A DNA stretch of 64,000 bases from Candidatus Daviesbacteria bacterium (GTDB lineage: Bacteria; Patescibacteriota; Microgenomatia; Daviesbacterales; UBA10151). How positions within the stretch are numbered: the stretch's first letter is position 1; every line of letters begins with the position of its first letter. Shown in pieces: positions 19,577-28,618 of the stretch. Made by a program: the position numbers and the translations under genes. The stretch is from NCBI GenBank assembly GCA_016176335.1, contig JACOXI010000006.1, positions 12,788 through 76,787 on the forward strand, in the 5' to 3' direction. The notes under the pieces are model-generated. The model ran no database searches, was not told the origin of the DNA, and saw nothing but the letters and a program-made list of their open reading frames with translations.

Positions 19577-20832
19577 ATATGCGATACATAATTAACGGAG
19601 GACATCGGTTGGATGGAGAAACCCGAGTTTCAGGAAATAAAAACTCTATTTTTCCTTGTGTTTCCGCAGCTCTTTTGACCAAGGATGAGGTTGTTTTGGA
19701 AAATATTTCCAATATCCGCGATGTGGAGATTTTAGTGGAGATTCTTAAAAAATTGGGAGTTTTGGTAGAAAGAGAGGGGTCTAAACTTATTATTAGGGCG
19801 AAAGATATTAAAACTGTTAATTTACCCCAAACTCTCATGACAAAACTTCGGGGTTCAATAGTTTTGGTGGGTGCTATTTTAGCAAGGAAAGGAAAAGTTA
19901 ATTTTTATCATCCGGGAGGAGATATCATTGGCCAAAGAAGTATCGGGGTTCATCTGGCAGGCTTAAAAAAGTTGGGCGCCACCTTAAAAAAAAATGATCT
20001 TAAATACTCTCTTCAACTTATGGAGGGAGCAACTTCCGCTACTGTTTTTCTAACAGAGTCTTCCGTCACAGCCACCGAGAATTTGATTTTGTCATGCGTT
20101 TTGGGGAGTAAAAAGGTTATTTTGAAAAACTGTCCGGTTGAACCGCATATTTTAGACTTATGTTCGATGTTACTTAAGATGGGTGCAAAAATTGAGGGAG
20201 TTGGTACGCATACCCTTCTGATTGAGGGTGTGGAGCAATTGTCTGGAACTCGTTTTAAGATAGGTATAGATTTTATTGAAGTTGGGACATATGCTATCGC
20301 AGCTGCGATTACGGGTGGTAAGGTTACTATCAGGGGTTTGGATAATACTGAATTGGATCCAATTTTCGAACCTCTTTCACGTTTTGGGATTGAGATTGAT
20401 TCCAAAGGAGATACCCTTACTGTTTTTTCAGACAAACTAAAGGCAGTTTCTAAAATTACCACTAATGTTTGGCCGGGTTTTCCGACAGATTTAATGAGTG
20501 CTGCAATTGTTTTGGCAACTCAAAGTAAAGGTATGACTCTGTGCCACGACTGGATGTATGAGTCTAGAATGTTTTTTGTGGATAAATTGATTTCTATGGG
20601 AGCAAAAATCAATCTTGCCGACCCGCATAGAGTATTTGTTTTAGGTCCTACCAAACTTAGGGGAAGAATGCTGGAGACTCCCGATATAAGAGCCGGTATG
20701 GCTTTAGTTTTGGCCGCCCTGATTGCTAAAGGTAAGAGTACCATAAATCAAGCGGAACTGATTGAACGGGGATATGAGGATGTTGTCGGTAAATTAAGAA
20801 GTCTGGGCGCAGACATCGAAAAAGAATCATAA
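19573..20832 (+). CDS. murA: UDP-N-acetylglucosamine 1-carboxyvinyltransferase MurA (Asp in place of the fosfomycin-target Cys)
   Basis: Full-length EPSP-synthase-like fold. Active-loop reads HPGGDIIGQRSIGVHL. Confidence 0.9.
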   Translation: MNMRYIINGGHRLDGETRVSGNKNSIFPCVSAALLTKDEVVLENISNIRDVEILVEILKKLGVLVEREGSKLIIRAKDIKTVNLPQTLMTKLRGSIVLVGAILARKGKVNFYHPGGDIIGQRSIGVHLAGLKKLGATLKKNDLKYSLQLMEGATSATVFLTESSVTATENLILSCVLGSKKVILKNCPVEPHILDLCSMLLKMGAKIEGVGTHTLLIEGVEQLSGTRFKIGIDFIEVGTYAIAAAITGGKVTIRGLDNTELDPIFEPLSRFGIEIDSKGDTLTVFSDKLKAVSKITTNVWPGFPTDLMSAAIVLATQSKGMTLCHDWMYESRMFFVDKLISMGAKINLADPHRVFVLGPTKLRGRMLETPDIRAGMALVLAALIAKGKSTINQAELIERGYEDVVGKLRSLGADIEKES

Positions 20833-21963
20833 ATGATTGCAATACAAGATAGATTCCCTCATTTTAAAAGGCCGGTAACTTTCCTGAAATATTATCTTTC
20901 CAAACAGTATGTTAAACTTTATCCCCAGGATATGTTTGTTGCTGTTTGCGGGTCTTTAGGCAAAACAACAACTGTTAGACTTTCTCAAGCTGTTCTTTCT
21001 CAAAAATACAAAACAATAACAACTGAAGCAAATAAAGATTCAGTAACCAACATCCCTCAAACATTGCTCAAGTTAAATCCATCTTTTCAAAAAGCAGTTT
21101 TGGAAATGGGAGCAGATTCAGCTGGAGAGGCAGATTTCTACCATTCATTAGTGAAACCTAAAGTTGTTATTTTGACCAGAATCATTTCCGAACAAGCGGA
21201 AATAAGCAAACTTTTATCTTTTCTTCCAAATGATGGCATAGTAATTCTTAATTGGGATGATATAAATAGTAAGAAACTGGCTCAACAAGTCCCCTCTCAA
21301 GTGGTTTATTATGGTACGGATCCTCAAAATTGTACTGTATGGGCAGCAAACGTCAGAATTGAAAATTTCAGAACCAATTTCGAGTTAAACCTGGGAGTAG
21401 AAAGAGTTAAAGTTGAGCTTCCAGCCCTTGGGTTGCACCAAATTTATCCGGCGCTGGCAGCAGCTGGTTTGGGGGTCATTCATGGAATTCCTCTCACCAA
21501 GATAAAAATTGCATTAGAATCTGTTGAGCCGGAAGATCACAAGTTCCAATTACTTTTAGGACCAAATGGTTCTTATATTTTGGATGATACCTTCAGCGCA
21601 ACTCCAATTGAAGTAGAATCTGCCATTGATACTCTAGTACAAATACCGGCCAGAAGAAGGATGTTGGTACTGGGAGAAATGATTGATCCCAACTATTCTG
21701 CTGATGAATACAGAAAAATTGCGGAAAAGATTTACAAAGAGAAGTTGGATTTTATTTTCTTAGGACAAGGTTCTATTAAGGTCATCGCGGAAGAATTAAC
21801 AAGTCTTGGTTTTTGGGAAGAAAGAGTTGAATCAAATATGCTAAATTCCCAACTTGTTTCCAAACTGCTTAAAATTTTGGGTAAAGGAGACGTTTGTCTG
21901 ATAAAATGTTCCCGTTCAGTTAGATTGGATGAAGTAGTAAAAAGGATTGCTAGAAAGAATTAA
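20833..21963 (+). CDS. murF: UDP-N-acetylmuramoyl-tripeptide--D-alanyl-D-alanine ligase MurF (short form)
   Basis: VCGSLGKTTT P-loop and NIPQTLLKLNPSFQKAVLEMGAD motif. Confidence 0.75.
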   Translation: MIAIQDRFPHFKRPVTFLKYYLSKQYVKLYPQDMFVAVCGSLGKTTTVRLSQAVLSQKYKTITTEANKDSVTNIPQTLLKLNPSFQKAVLEMGADSAGEADFYHSLVKPKVVILTRIISEQAEISKLLSFLPNDGIVILNWDDINSKKLAQQVPSQVVYYGTDPQNCTVWAANVRIENFRTNFELNLGVERVKVELPALGLHQIYPALAAAGLGVIHGIPLTKIKIALESVEPEDHKFQLLLGPNGSYILDDTFSATPIEVESAIDTLVQIPARRRMLVLGEMIDPNYSADEYRKIAEKIYKEKLDFIFLGQGSIKVIAEELTSLGFWEERVESNMLNSQLVSKLLKILGKGDVCLIKCSRSVRLDEVVKRIARKN

Positions 21964-21968
21964 AATTT

Positions 21969-22976
21969 ATGACTCAACTTTTGGGTTTAGTCCTATTATC
22001 TTTTGTCACTACCAGTATATGCATGGTTCCTGTTATTGATCTTTTGTACTTTCTAAAAAGAAAATTTGAAAGAGCGATTCAGACTGATAAAAATAGTGAA
22101 ACTCCCATCCACGATAGATTAATGAAACAAGACGAGACCACCCCGTCCGGCGGTGGAATACTGCTGATACTAGTATTAGTTGTTTTGAGTATTGGTTACG
22201 CATTTATAAGTACTTCGGTAGATAAAATCAGCTTGACGATTCTTCTTTTTACCCTACTCTCCTTCGGAACATTAGGTTTAGTAGATGATATTAAGTTAAT
22301 GGTTACAAGAAGAAGGGGTAAATTTTTAGGTTTGGATAGAAAGAAAATGCTAATTGTTCAAGGGTTACTAGCCTTGATTATAGGTTCATTTCTGTACTTT
22401 ATTGCAGGTATCAATAACCTGTATATTACAGGTTTGGGGAATTTCATTATCGGGGCATGGTATATTCCCCTTGCGGCATTTGTGATTGTTTCGTTTGCCA
22501 ACGCTTATAATATCTCGGATGGATTAGACGGTTTATCAGCAGGATTATTACTTATTTGTTTATTTGCATTTTTGGCTTTGGCTTCTGTTGCGCTGGATCT
22601 GACACTAGCCTCCTTTATCGGAATTTGGATAGGTGCTCTTTTTGCATATCTTTATTTTAATGTTTGGCCGGCAAGGATTTTTTTGGGAGATGCGGCAAGT
22701 TTCGCCTTTGGAGCGACATTGGCAGTGGTTGGCCTCTTAACAGGGAAAATCTTGGCATTGGCAATAATCGGGGGAATGTTTGTGGTAATTGTTGCATCGT
22801 CATTAATGCAAATAATTTCCAAAAAAATATTCGGGAGAAAGATTTTATCAATATCTCCCCTTCATATGTATTTTAGATACCTTGGTTGGGAGGAAGCTAA
22901 AATTGTGACCAGATTTTGGTTAATACAGGGACTGTTTGCTATTTTTGGTCTGTGGATAGCCTTACTTTCCAAATGA
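21969..22976 (+). CDS. mraY: Phospho-N-acetylmuramoyl-pentapeptide transferase MraY
   Basis: NAYNISDGLDGLSAG motif. Confidence 0.9.
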   Translation: MTQLLGLVLLSFVTTSICMVPVIDLLYFLKRKFERAIQTDKNSETPIHDRLMKQDETTPSGGGILLILVLVVLSIGYAFISTSVDKISLTILLFTLLSFGTLGLVDDIKLMVTRRRGKFLGLDRKKMLIVQGLLALIIGSFLYFIAGINNLYITGLGNFIIGAWYIPLAAFVIVSFANAYNISDGLDGLSAGLLLICLFAFLALASVALDLTLASFIGIWIGALFAYLYFNVWPARIFLGDAASFAFGATLAVVGLLTGKILALAIIGGMFVVIVASSLMQIISKKIFGRKILSISPLHMYFRYLGWEEAKIVTRFWLIQGLFAIFGLWIALLSK

Positions 22977-24073
22977 AGAATCAATCAAAAGCGACACTGT
23001 ACTCACAAAAACAACAACTGGACTTAACTCTTCTTTCTACGATTGGAGTTTTGGTAGTTTTTGGCCTGGTGATGGTTTATGATGCATCTTCAATTCAAGG
23101 GTTAAATGATTTCAAAGATAGCTATTATTACATCAGGCAACAGATAATCTGGGTGTTTTTGGGATTTCTTTCTCTGCTTTTTTTTTCCAGATTTAATTAT
23201 TTAAATTTTAAAAAATTGGCTTTGCCGCTCCTCTTGGTATCCCTGCTGCTTCTTGTTGCAGTTTTTATACCGTCTTTGGGGGTTTCCGGCGGCGGAGCTC
23301 ACAGATGGTTAAAGATTGGGCCAGGTACAGTTCAGCCCGCTGAAATCATAAAGCTTACCGGGGTGATATTCCTTGCTTTTGTCTTTGAAAAGAGAATCAG
23401 AATACTCCCTCTGTTAGTGTTAATCGGAATTGTTACATTAATTACTGCAGTTTTACAAAAAGATTTAGGTTCAACAATTGTGTTTGTTGCCACCTCTTTA
23501 ATTATATATTTTGGTGCAGGTGCTCCGGTCCTGCATTTTTTTTTGATACTCCCTGTTGGAGTTTTGGCTTTTGTGACGCTGGTTCTAACATCAAGCTATA
23601 GAAGCAAAAGAATACTCTCTTTTTTGGATCCATTTTCCGATCCCCAAGGTTTTTCCTATCATATTTCTCAAGTTCTAATTGCTTTAGGTTCGGGAGGCTT
23701 GTTTGGATTGGGTTTAGGTCACTCACGACAAAAATTTGAATACATTCCCGAAGTTACAACAGACTCAATCTTCGGAATTATTGGGGAAGAACTTGGTTTT
23801 TTAGGATCCGCCTTTTTAATTGCTTTATTTATAATCATTATTTTAAGAGGTATTAAAATTTCCCAAAACTGCCCTAATAGGTTTGGACAAATTTTGGCGC
23901 TCGGGTTGACATCGTGGTTGGGCATACAGGCTGCTATCAATCTTTCTTCAATGGTTGCCCTACTGCCTCTAACCGGAGTTCCGCTACCCTTCATCTCCTA
24001 CGGCGGTTCTGCTGTGCTTTTGAACCTCACAGCTGTTGGGATACTTCTAAATATATCTTCAAACCTAGGGTAG
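22973..24073 (+). CDS. ftsW: SEDS-family peptidoglycan glycosyltransferase FtsW
   Basis: Polytopic SEDS protein in dcw position. ATGA overlap with mraY. Confidence 0.85.
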   Translation: MKNQSKATLYSQKQQLDLTLLSTIGVLVVFGLVMVYDASSIQGLNDFKDSYYYIRQQIIWVFLGFLSLLFFSRFNYLNFKKLALPLLLVSLLLLVAVFIPSLGVSGGGAHRWLKIGPGTVQPAEIIKLTGVIFLAFVFEKRIRILPLLVLIGIVTLITAVLQKDLGSTIVFVATSLIIYFGAGAPVLHFFLILPVGVLAFVTLVLTSSYRSKRILSFLDPFSDPQGFSYHISQVLIALGSGGLFGLGLGHSRQKFEYIPEVTTDSIFGIIGEELGFLGSAFLIALFIIIILRGIKISQNCPNRFGQILALGLTSWLGIQAAINLSSMVALLPLTGVPLPFISYGGSAVLLNLTAVGILLNISSNLG

Positions 24074-24103
24074 GATTAAGATTAGCCGTGTTAAAATGTA
24101 GAA

Positions 24104-25234
24104 ATGAATAATGATGTAAAAATTTTGGTAACAGGAGCTCATTTAACGCCGGCAGTTGCGGTATGCGAGGAACTGAAAAAGGAGAAAGAGATAGAGATTG
24201 TCTATGTGGGGAGAAATTCCACCATGGAAGGACAAAATGTGCAGTCTTTTGAATCGGGAGTTTTTCCTGCTCTCAATATCAAATTTATTCCTTTAATTGC
24301 CGGTAAATTACAAAGATATATTTCCGTTTATTCAATAGTTTCTTTATTAAAAATTCCCGTTGGGTTTGTGCAGGCGTTCTTTATATTATTGAAGGAGAAA
24401 CCGGATGTAATTTTGTCTTTTGGGGGATATGTAGGATTACCTATTGTTGTTTGTGGTTGGCTTTTATCTATTCCAATTATTATTCATGAGCAAGGCCTTC
24501 AAATGGGGCTTGCAAACAAGATCAGCTCCCATTTTGCGGACAAAATTGCCGTCTCATTTAAAGAGACTAAAACTTTGCCGGACAAGATCACAACGGTCAC
24601 AGGTAATCCTTTAAGAAAAGAAATTCTAACCTTGGGGAAAATGGATAAAGACTACAGCAGGTTCTTCTTAAATGCCAAAAAAGATAAAACTCCGGTGATT
24701 TTCATAACAGGAGGCATTCAGGGATCACACATAATTAACCAATGCATTGAGAATACTTTGGTAAGTCTCTTAAAAAAATTTTATGTAATTCATCAAACAG
24801 GTGAATCCGTTTTTGGAGATTTTGAAAGATTGTCTAAATTACAAAATAAACGATATCTGGTGAAAAATTGGATTGGAGAAGAAGTAGGTAATGTCATGAA
24901 GTTTTCTGATGTGTTAGTTTGCAGGGCAGGGATCAATACGCTTTCTGAAGTTACTTTCTTGGAAAAAAGTGCTCTGGTTATACCAATCCCCTATCAAAAA
25001 GAGCAACTTAACAATGCAAGATTTTTTGAACAGTTAGGAACTATTCTGCTGATTCCTCAAACAAAGTTATCTCCCAAAATCCTCATTGATAGTCTGGAAA
25101 AAATTTTAAAAGAAAAAATAATTTTTGAAAAAAATGGAAAACAGGCAAAAGAAATTTTTATTAAAGATGCCCCCAAAAGATTAGCATTGGAAACTATACT
25201 TTTGTCAAAAGCTTTCAAAGTTTTTAGTAATTAA
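24104..25234 (+). CDS. murG: Undecaprenyl-PP-MurNAc-pentapeptide GlcNAc transferase MurG
   Basis: GT28 fold in dcw position. N-terminal G-loop variant TGAHLTPAVAV. Confidence 0.75.
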   Translation: MNNDVKILVTGAHLTPAVAVCEELKKEKEIEIVYVGRNSTMEGQNVQSFESGVFPALNIKFIPLIAGKLQRYISVYSIVSLLKIPVGFVQAFFILLKEKPDVILSFGGYVGLPIVVCGWLLSIPIIIHEQGLQMGLANKISSHFADKIAVSFKETKTLPDKITTVTGNPLRKEILTLGKMDKDYSRFFLNAKKDKTPVIFITGGIQGSHIINQCIENTLVSLLKKFYVIHQTGESVFGDFERLSKLQNKRYLVKNWIGEEVGNVMKFSDVLVCRAGINTLSEVTFLEKSALVIPIPYQKEQLNNARFFEQLGTILLIPQTKLSPKILIDSLEKILKEKIIFEKNGKQAKEIFIKDAPKRLALETILLSKAFKVFSN

Positions 25235-25247
25235 TTTTTAAGACATT

Positions 25248-26045
25248 ATGTTTAGGAGAAAAAACAACAACTCAAAGAGAAATTTGCTAAAAAAAATTTT
25301 TATTTTCGCTTTGTTTATATTGATACTGTTAGCTATTTATTTTTTTTTCAATTCTTCTCTCTTTAAAATAAAAAATATAAGTTTAAAGACAGAGTCTTTA
25401 GATTGTCTTGGTAATAATGAGGAGATTAAAAAAGATTCCGAAATTGTTAGTCAAAACACCATTTTTTTTAACAGTAAAAATGTAGAGAAAAAATTAAAAA
25501 ATAAATTTTATTGTATAAAGACAATAATTTTTGCAAAAAAATTTCCCAATGGAATGGAACTAACAATTATAGGCAGGAAGGCAGAAGCCAAATTAATTCC
25601 GCTGCCAATTTATGAAGCAACTGCCTCGTCCAATCTGGAGAATATTGCCACACCCTCCGCTACGGATATTTTTTTGGTGGATGGGGAGGGCAAAGTCTTT
25701 TCAAAAGGGGATTTGGCTGGAGATTTACCAATAATACTGATATATAAGGGCAGTTTGAATCTGGGGGAGAATTTAGGCGTTTATATCATAAATGCGCTGA
25801 AGATTTTAAACAAAATTGGACCCTTTGGAATTGACAGCAAACTCTCCAAAATTGCTACGGGTGAGTTTTTGGTCACAGGTACTGTTCCAAAAATTATATT
25901 TAAACTAACAGAACAGATTGATATTCAACTTGCATCTTTACAATTAATCCTGGAGCAAGCTAAAATAGACCAAAGCAGGTTGGAGTTTATCGATTTAAGA
26001 TTTGATAAACCCGTTGTGAGGTTTGCCCCTAAAAAAAATGGCTAA
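25248..26045 (+). CDS. ftsQ: Cell division protein FtsQ/DivIB-like (bitopic, POTRA)
   Basis: N-terminal TM. Positioned between murG and ftsA. Confidence 0.6.
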   Translation: MFRRKNNNSKRNLLKKIFIFALFILILLAIYFFFNSSLFKIKNISLKTESLDCLGNNEEIKKDSEIVSQNTIFFNSKNVEKKLKNKFYCIKTIIFAKKFPNGMELTIIGRKAEAKLIPLPIYEATASSNLENIATPSATDIFLVDGEGKVFSKGDLAGDLPIILIYKGSLNLGENLGVYIINALKILNKIGPFGIDSKLSKIATGEFLVTGTVPKIIFKLTEQIDIQLASLQLILEQAKIDQSRLEFIDLRFDKPVVRFAPKKNG

Positions 26046-26089
26046 GGATGAACAAGTTCTCTTTAACAGTTTATATATAGAAAGGAATT

Positions 26090-27388
26090 GTGGCTAAAGA
26101 TAAAATTGTCTGCGGAATAGATGTTGGTTCATCAAAAATAGCAACTCTCATTGCTTCCATTGATGAGGGTGGAAAAATCAATTTAATAGGTGTTTCCTCT
26201 ACACCTTCAAAAGGTGTCAGAAGAAATCAGGTTGTGGATATAGTGGAAGCAGTTTCTGCTATTACCGAGTCAGTTGAGGCGGCAGAAAGAATGGCAGGAT
26301 ATTCTATTTCATCGTCCTTTGTCTCGCTTGGAGGTCCTCAAATTGAGAGTGTTAATCAACATGCAGTTGTTGCTGTTTCAGAACCGGAGGGGGAGATTAG
26401 AGAAAGTGACATTCACAGAGTCAACGAGGCAGCCAGAGCCATCCCTCTGCCATCCTCAAGAGAAATATTACACGTTATTCCAAGAACTTTTACCGTTGAC
26501 GGACAAGAGGGTATCAAAGACCCGATTGGCATGACCGGTGTGAGACTGGAAACCGAAACTCACATTATTACAGGTTCTTCAACCTCAATGAGAAATCTTG
26601 TCAAGTGTGTGTCAGAGGTGGGGATAGAGGTGACGGAATTGGTTTTTTCCGGTATTGCCGCATCAATTGCTATTTTGACGGATACCGAGAAAGAATTGGG
26701 GGTAGTGTTGGTTGATATTGGCGGTGAAACAACAGATGTAGTTGTCTTTATAGACGGGTCGGTTGCATATTCCGCGGTGATTCCAATTGGAGCACGTCAT
26801 ATCACATCAGATATGGCTGTTGGACTGCGAATATCTTTGGAATCAGCAGAAAAAATCAAAATGTCTTTGGGGCACTTGCCCAAATTGCCCGCATTATCAG
26901 ATGAAAGGGAAGAAGAGGCAAAAAGCAGTTCAACCAAGAGAAAAGAGGAAGAAATTCTGGATATTAAGGCTTTGGGGATAGTGGAAGATATACAAAAAAT
27001 ATCTAAGAAAGCGGTGGTTGACGGGATTATCAGACCCAGGCTTCAGGAAATATTCAAGTATGTGGGCAAAGAGATCAAAAAAAGCGGATTTGGGACACAA
27101 GTACCATCAGGTTTGGTGATTTGTGGAGGAGGAGCTTTGACTGTGGGAGCAATGGATCAGGCAAAATATGTTTTGGGTTTTCCCGCAAGAATAGGACAGA
27201 TTGACGGATTATCGGGTATGATTGAAGAAATTGATTCCCCAACATTTGCATCATCTGCCGGTCTAATTATGTATGGCGCAACTCAAAGTTCGGGTTCGGA
27301 AATACGATTGCCGGTATTTTCAGGTAATCTGCCTTTTAGGGGAATGATTCAAAAGGCAGTAGCATTGGTAAAATCATTTCTGCCGTAG
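26090..27388 (+). CDS. ftsA: Cell division protein FtsA
   Basis: Actin-fold N-terminus IVCGIDVGSSKIATLIAS. AAGGAA SD before the GTG start. Confidence 0.9.
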   Translation: MAKDKIVCGIDVGSSKIATLIASIDEGGKINLIGVSSTPSKGVRRNQVVDIVEAVSAITESVEAAERMAGYSISSSFVSLGGPQIESVNQHAVVAVSEPEGEIRESDIHRVNEAARAIPLPSSREILHVIPRTFTVDGQEGIKDPIGMTGVRLETETHIITGSSTSMRNLVKCVSEVGIEVTELVFSGIAASIAILTDTEKELGVVLVDIGGETTDVVVFIDGSVAYSAVIPIGARHITSDMAVGLRISLESAEKIKMSLGHLPKLPALSDEREEEAKSSSTKRKEEEILDIKALGIVEDIQKISKKAVVDGIIRPRLQEIFKYVGKEIKKSGFGTQVPSGLVICGGGALTVGAMDQAKYVLGFPARIGQIDGLSGMIEEIDSPTFASSAGLIMYGATQSSGSEIRLPVFSGNLPFRGMIQKAVALVKSFLP

Positions 27389-27437
27389 CCTTTTTAAGGG
27401 CTTGATATTAATAATAGGAATTGTTATATTCTGCAAT

Positions 27438-28586
27438 ATGTTAATTAAACCTGATCTACAAAGATTTGCCAAGACTAAAGTTGTCGGATTGGGTGGCGGT
27501 GGATCCAACTCCATTAACTCCATGATTGCACTTCAGCAAATTCAGGGGGTGGAATTTGTAGCTGTCAATACCGATGCTCAAGCTTTAATGAGCAATCAAT
27601 CTCCAACAAAAGTTCAAATTGGTGAAACACTAACCCGTGGTTTGGGTTCAGGAGGGGATCCGGAAATAGGCAGACAGGCCGCAGAAGAATCCATTCAGAA
27701 ACTGCAGGATGTGCTGCAGGATGCGGATATGGTTTTTTTGACAGCCGGTATGGGCGGAGGTACGGGTACAGGTTCTATCCCTCTTGTTGCACAGACTGCC
27801 AAAAGTCTAGGCGCTTTAACAGTGGCTGTTGTTACAAAACCATTTGCTTTTGAAGGCACAAGAAGAATGGTTGTTGCCGAAGAAGGGATTGAAAAACTTA
27901 AAGATAAAGTTGACGCTTTGATTATTATCCCGAACCAAAGATTGCTTGAGACAGTTGATAAAAATATCACTTTGCAGGATGCGTTTAGATTGGCAGACTC
28001 TGTTTTAGGTCAGGGAGTACAGGGGATTTCAGATTTAATCACCATGCCCGGCCTAATTAATGTAGATTTTGCAGATGTTAAAGCAGTGATGTCTTCTGCC
28101 GGATCTGCTTTGATGGGTATTGGAGTTGCCGGTGGTGAAAACAGAGCCGCAGCTGCTGCAAGAATGGCAATTGCATCTCCATTACTCGAAGTTTCAATTG
28201 AGGGGGCAAAGGGAGTGTTGTTTAATATTGTCGGAGGGCCTGATCTGTCTATGGCGGAAGTGAATGAGGCGGCACAAATTATTGCTCAAGCAGCAGATCC
28301 GGATGCCAACATTATCTTTGGCGCAACAATTAAGGAAGATCAGTTGGATCAGGTAAAACTTTCGGTTATTGCCACCGGCTTTGACGAGACAAGGAGGAAG
28401 TTACGAGATTATATAGGTACGGGGATTGGCTCTGCTCCTTTACAAAATGCAGCTACGCCATGGCAGAAAGAGGAAGAAGTAGAGGAAGCCCCAACTCCTC
28501 AAACAGTTTCTGAAACCGAAGAAGAAGTGGTCAGAGACGAGGAAGATAATTTGGAAATTCCTGCGTTTTTGCGTTCTAACCGCTAG
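27438..28586 (+). CDS. ftsZ: Cell division GTPase FtsZ
   Basis: GLGGGGSNS and GGGTGTGSIPLVA tubulin signature. Internal ATG at 27438 preferred. Confidence 0.95.
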   Translation: MLIKPDLQRFAKTKVVGLGGGGSNSINSMIALQQIQGVEFVAVNTDAQALMSNQSPTKVQIGETLTRGLGSGGDPEIGRQAAEESIQKLQDVLQDADMVFLTAGMGGGTGTGSIPLVAQTAKSLGALTVAVVTKPFAFEGTRRMVVAEEGIEKLKDKVDALIIIPNQRLLETVDKNITLQDAFRLADSVLGQGVQGISDLITMPGLINVDFADVKAVMSSAGSALMGIGVAGGENRAAAAARMAIASPLLEVSIEGAKGVLFNIVGGPDLSMAEVNEAAQIIAQAADPDANIIFGATIKEDQLDQVKLSVIATGFDETRRKLRDYIGTGIGSAPLQNAATPWQKEEEVEEAPTPQTVSETEEEVVRDEEDNLEIPAFLRSNR

Positions 28587-28618
28587 TCACAACTTTCATA
28601 TTCTGCTAAAATTACCTC

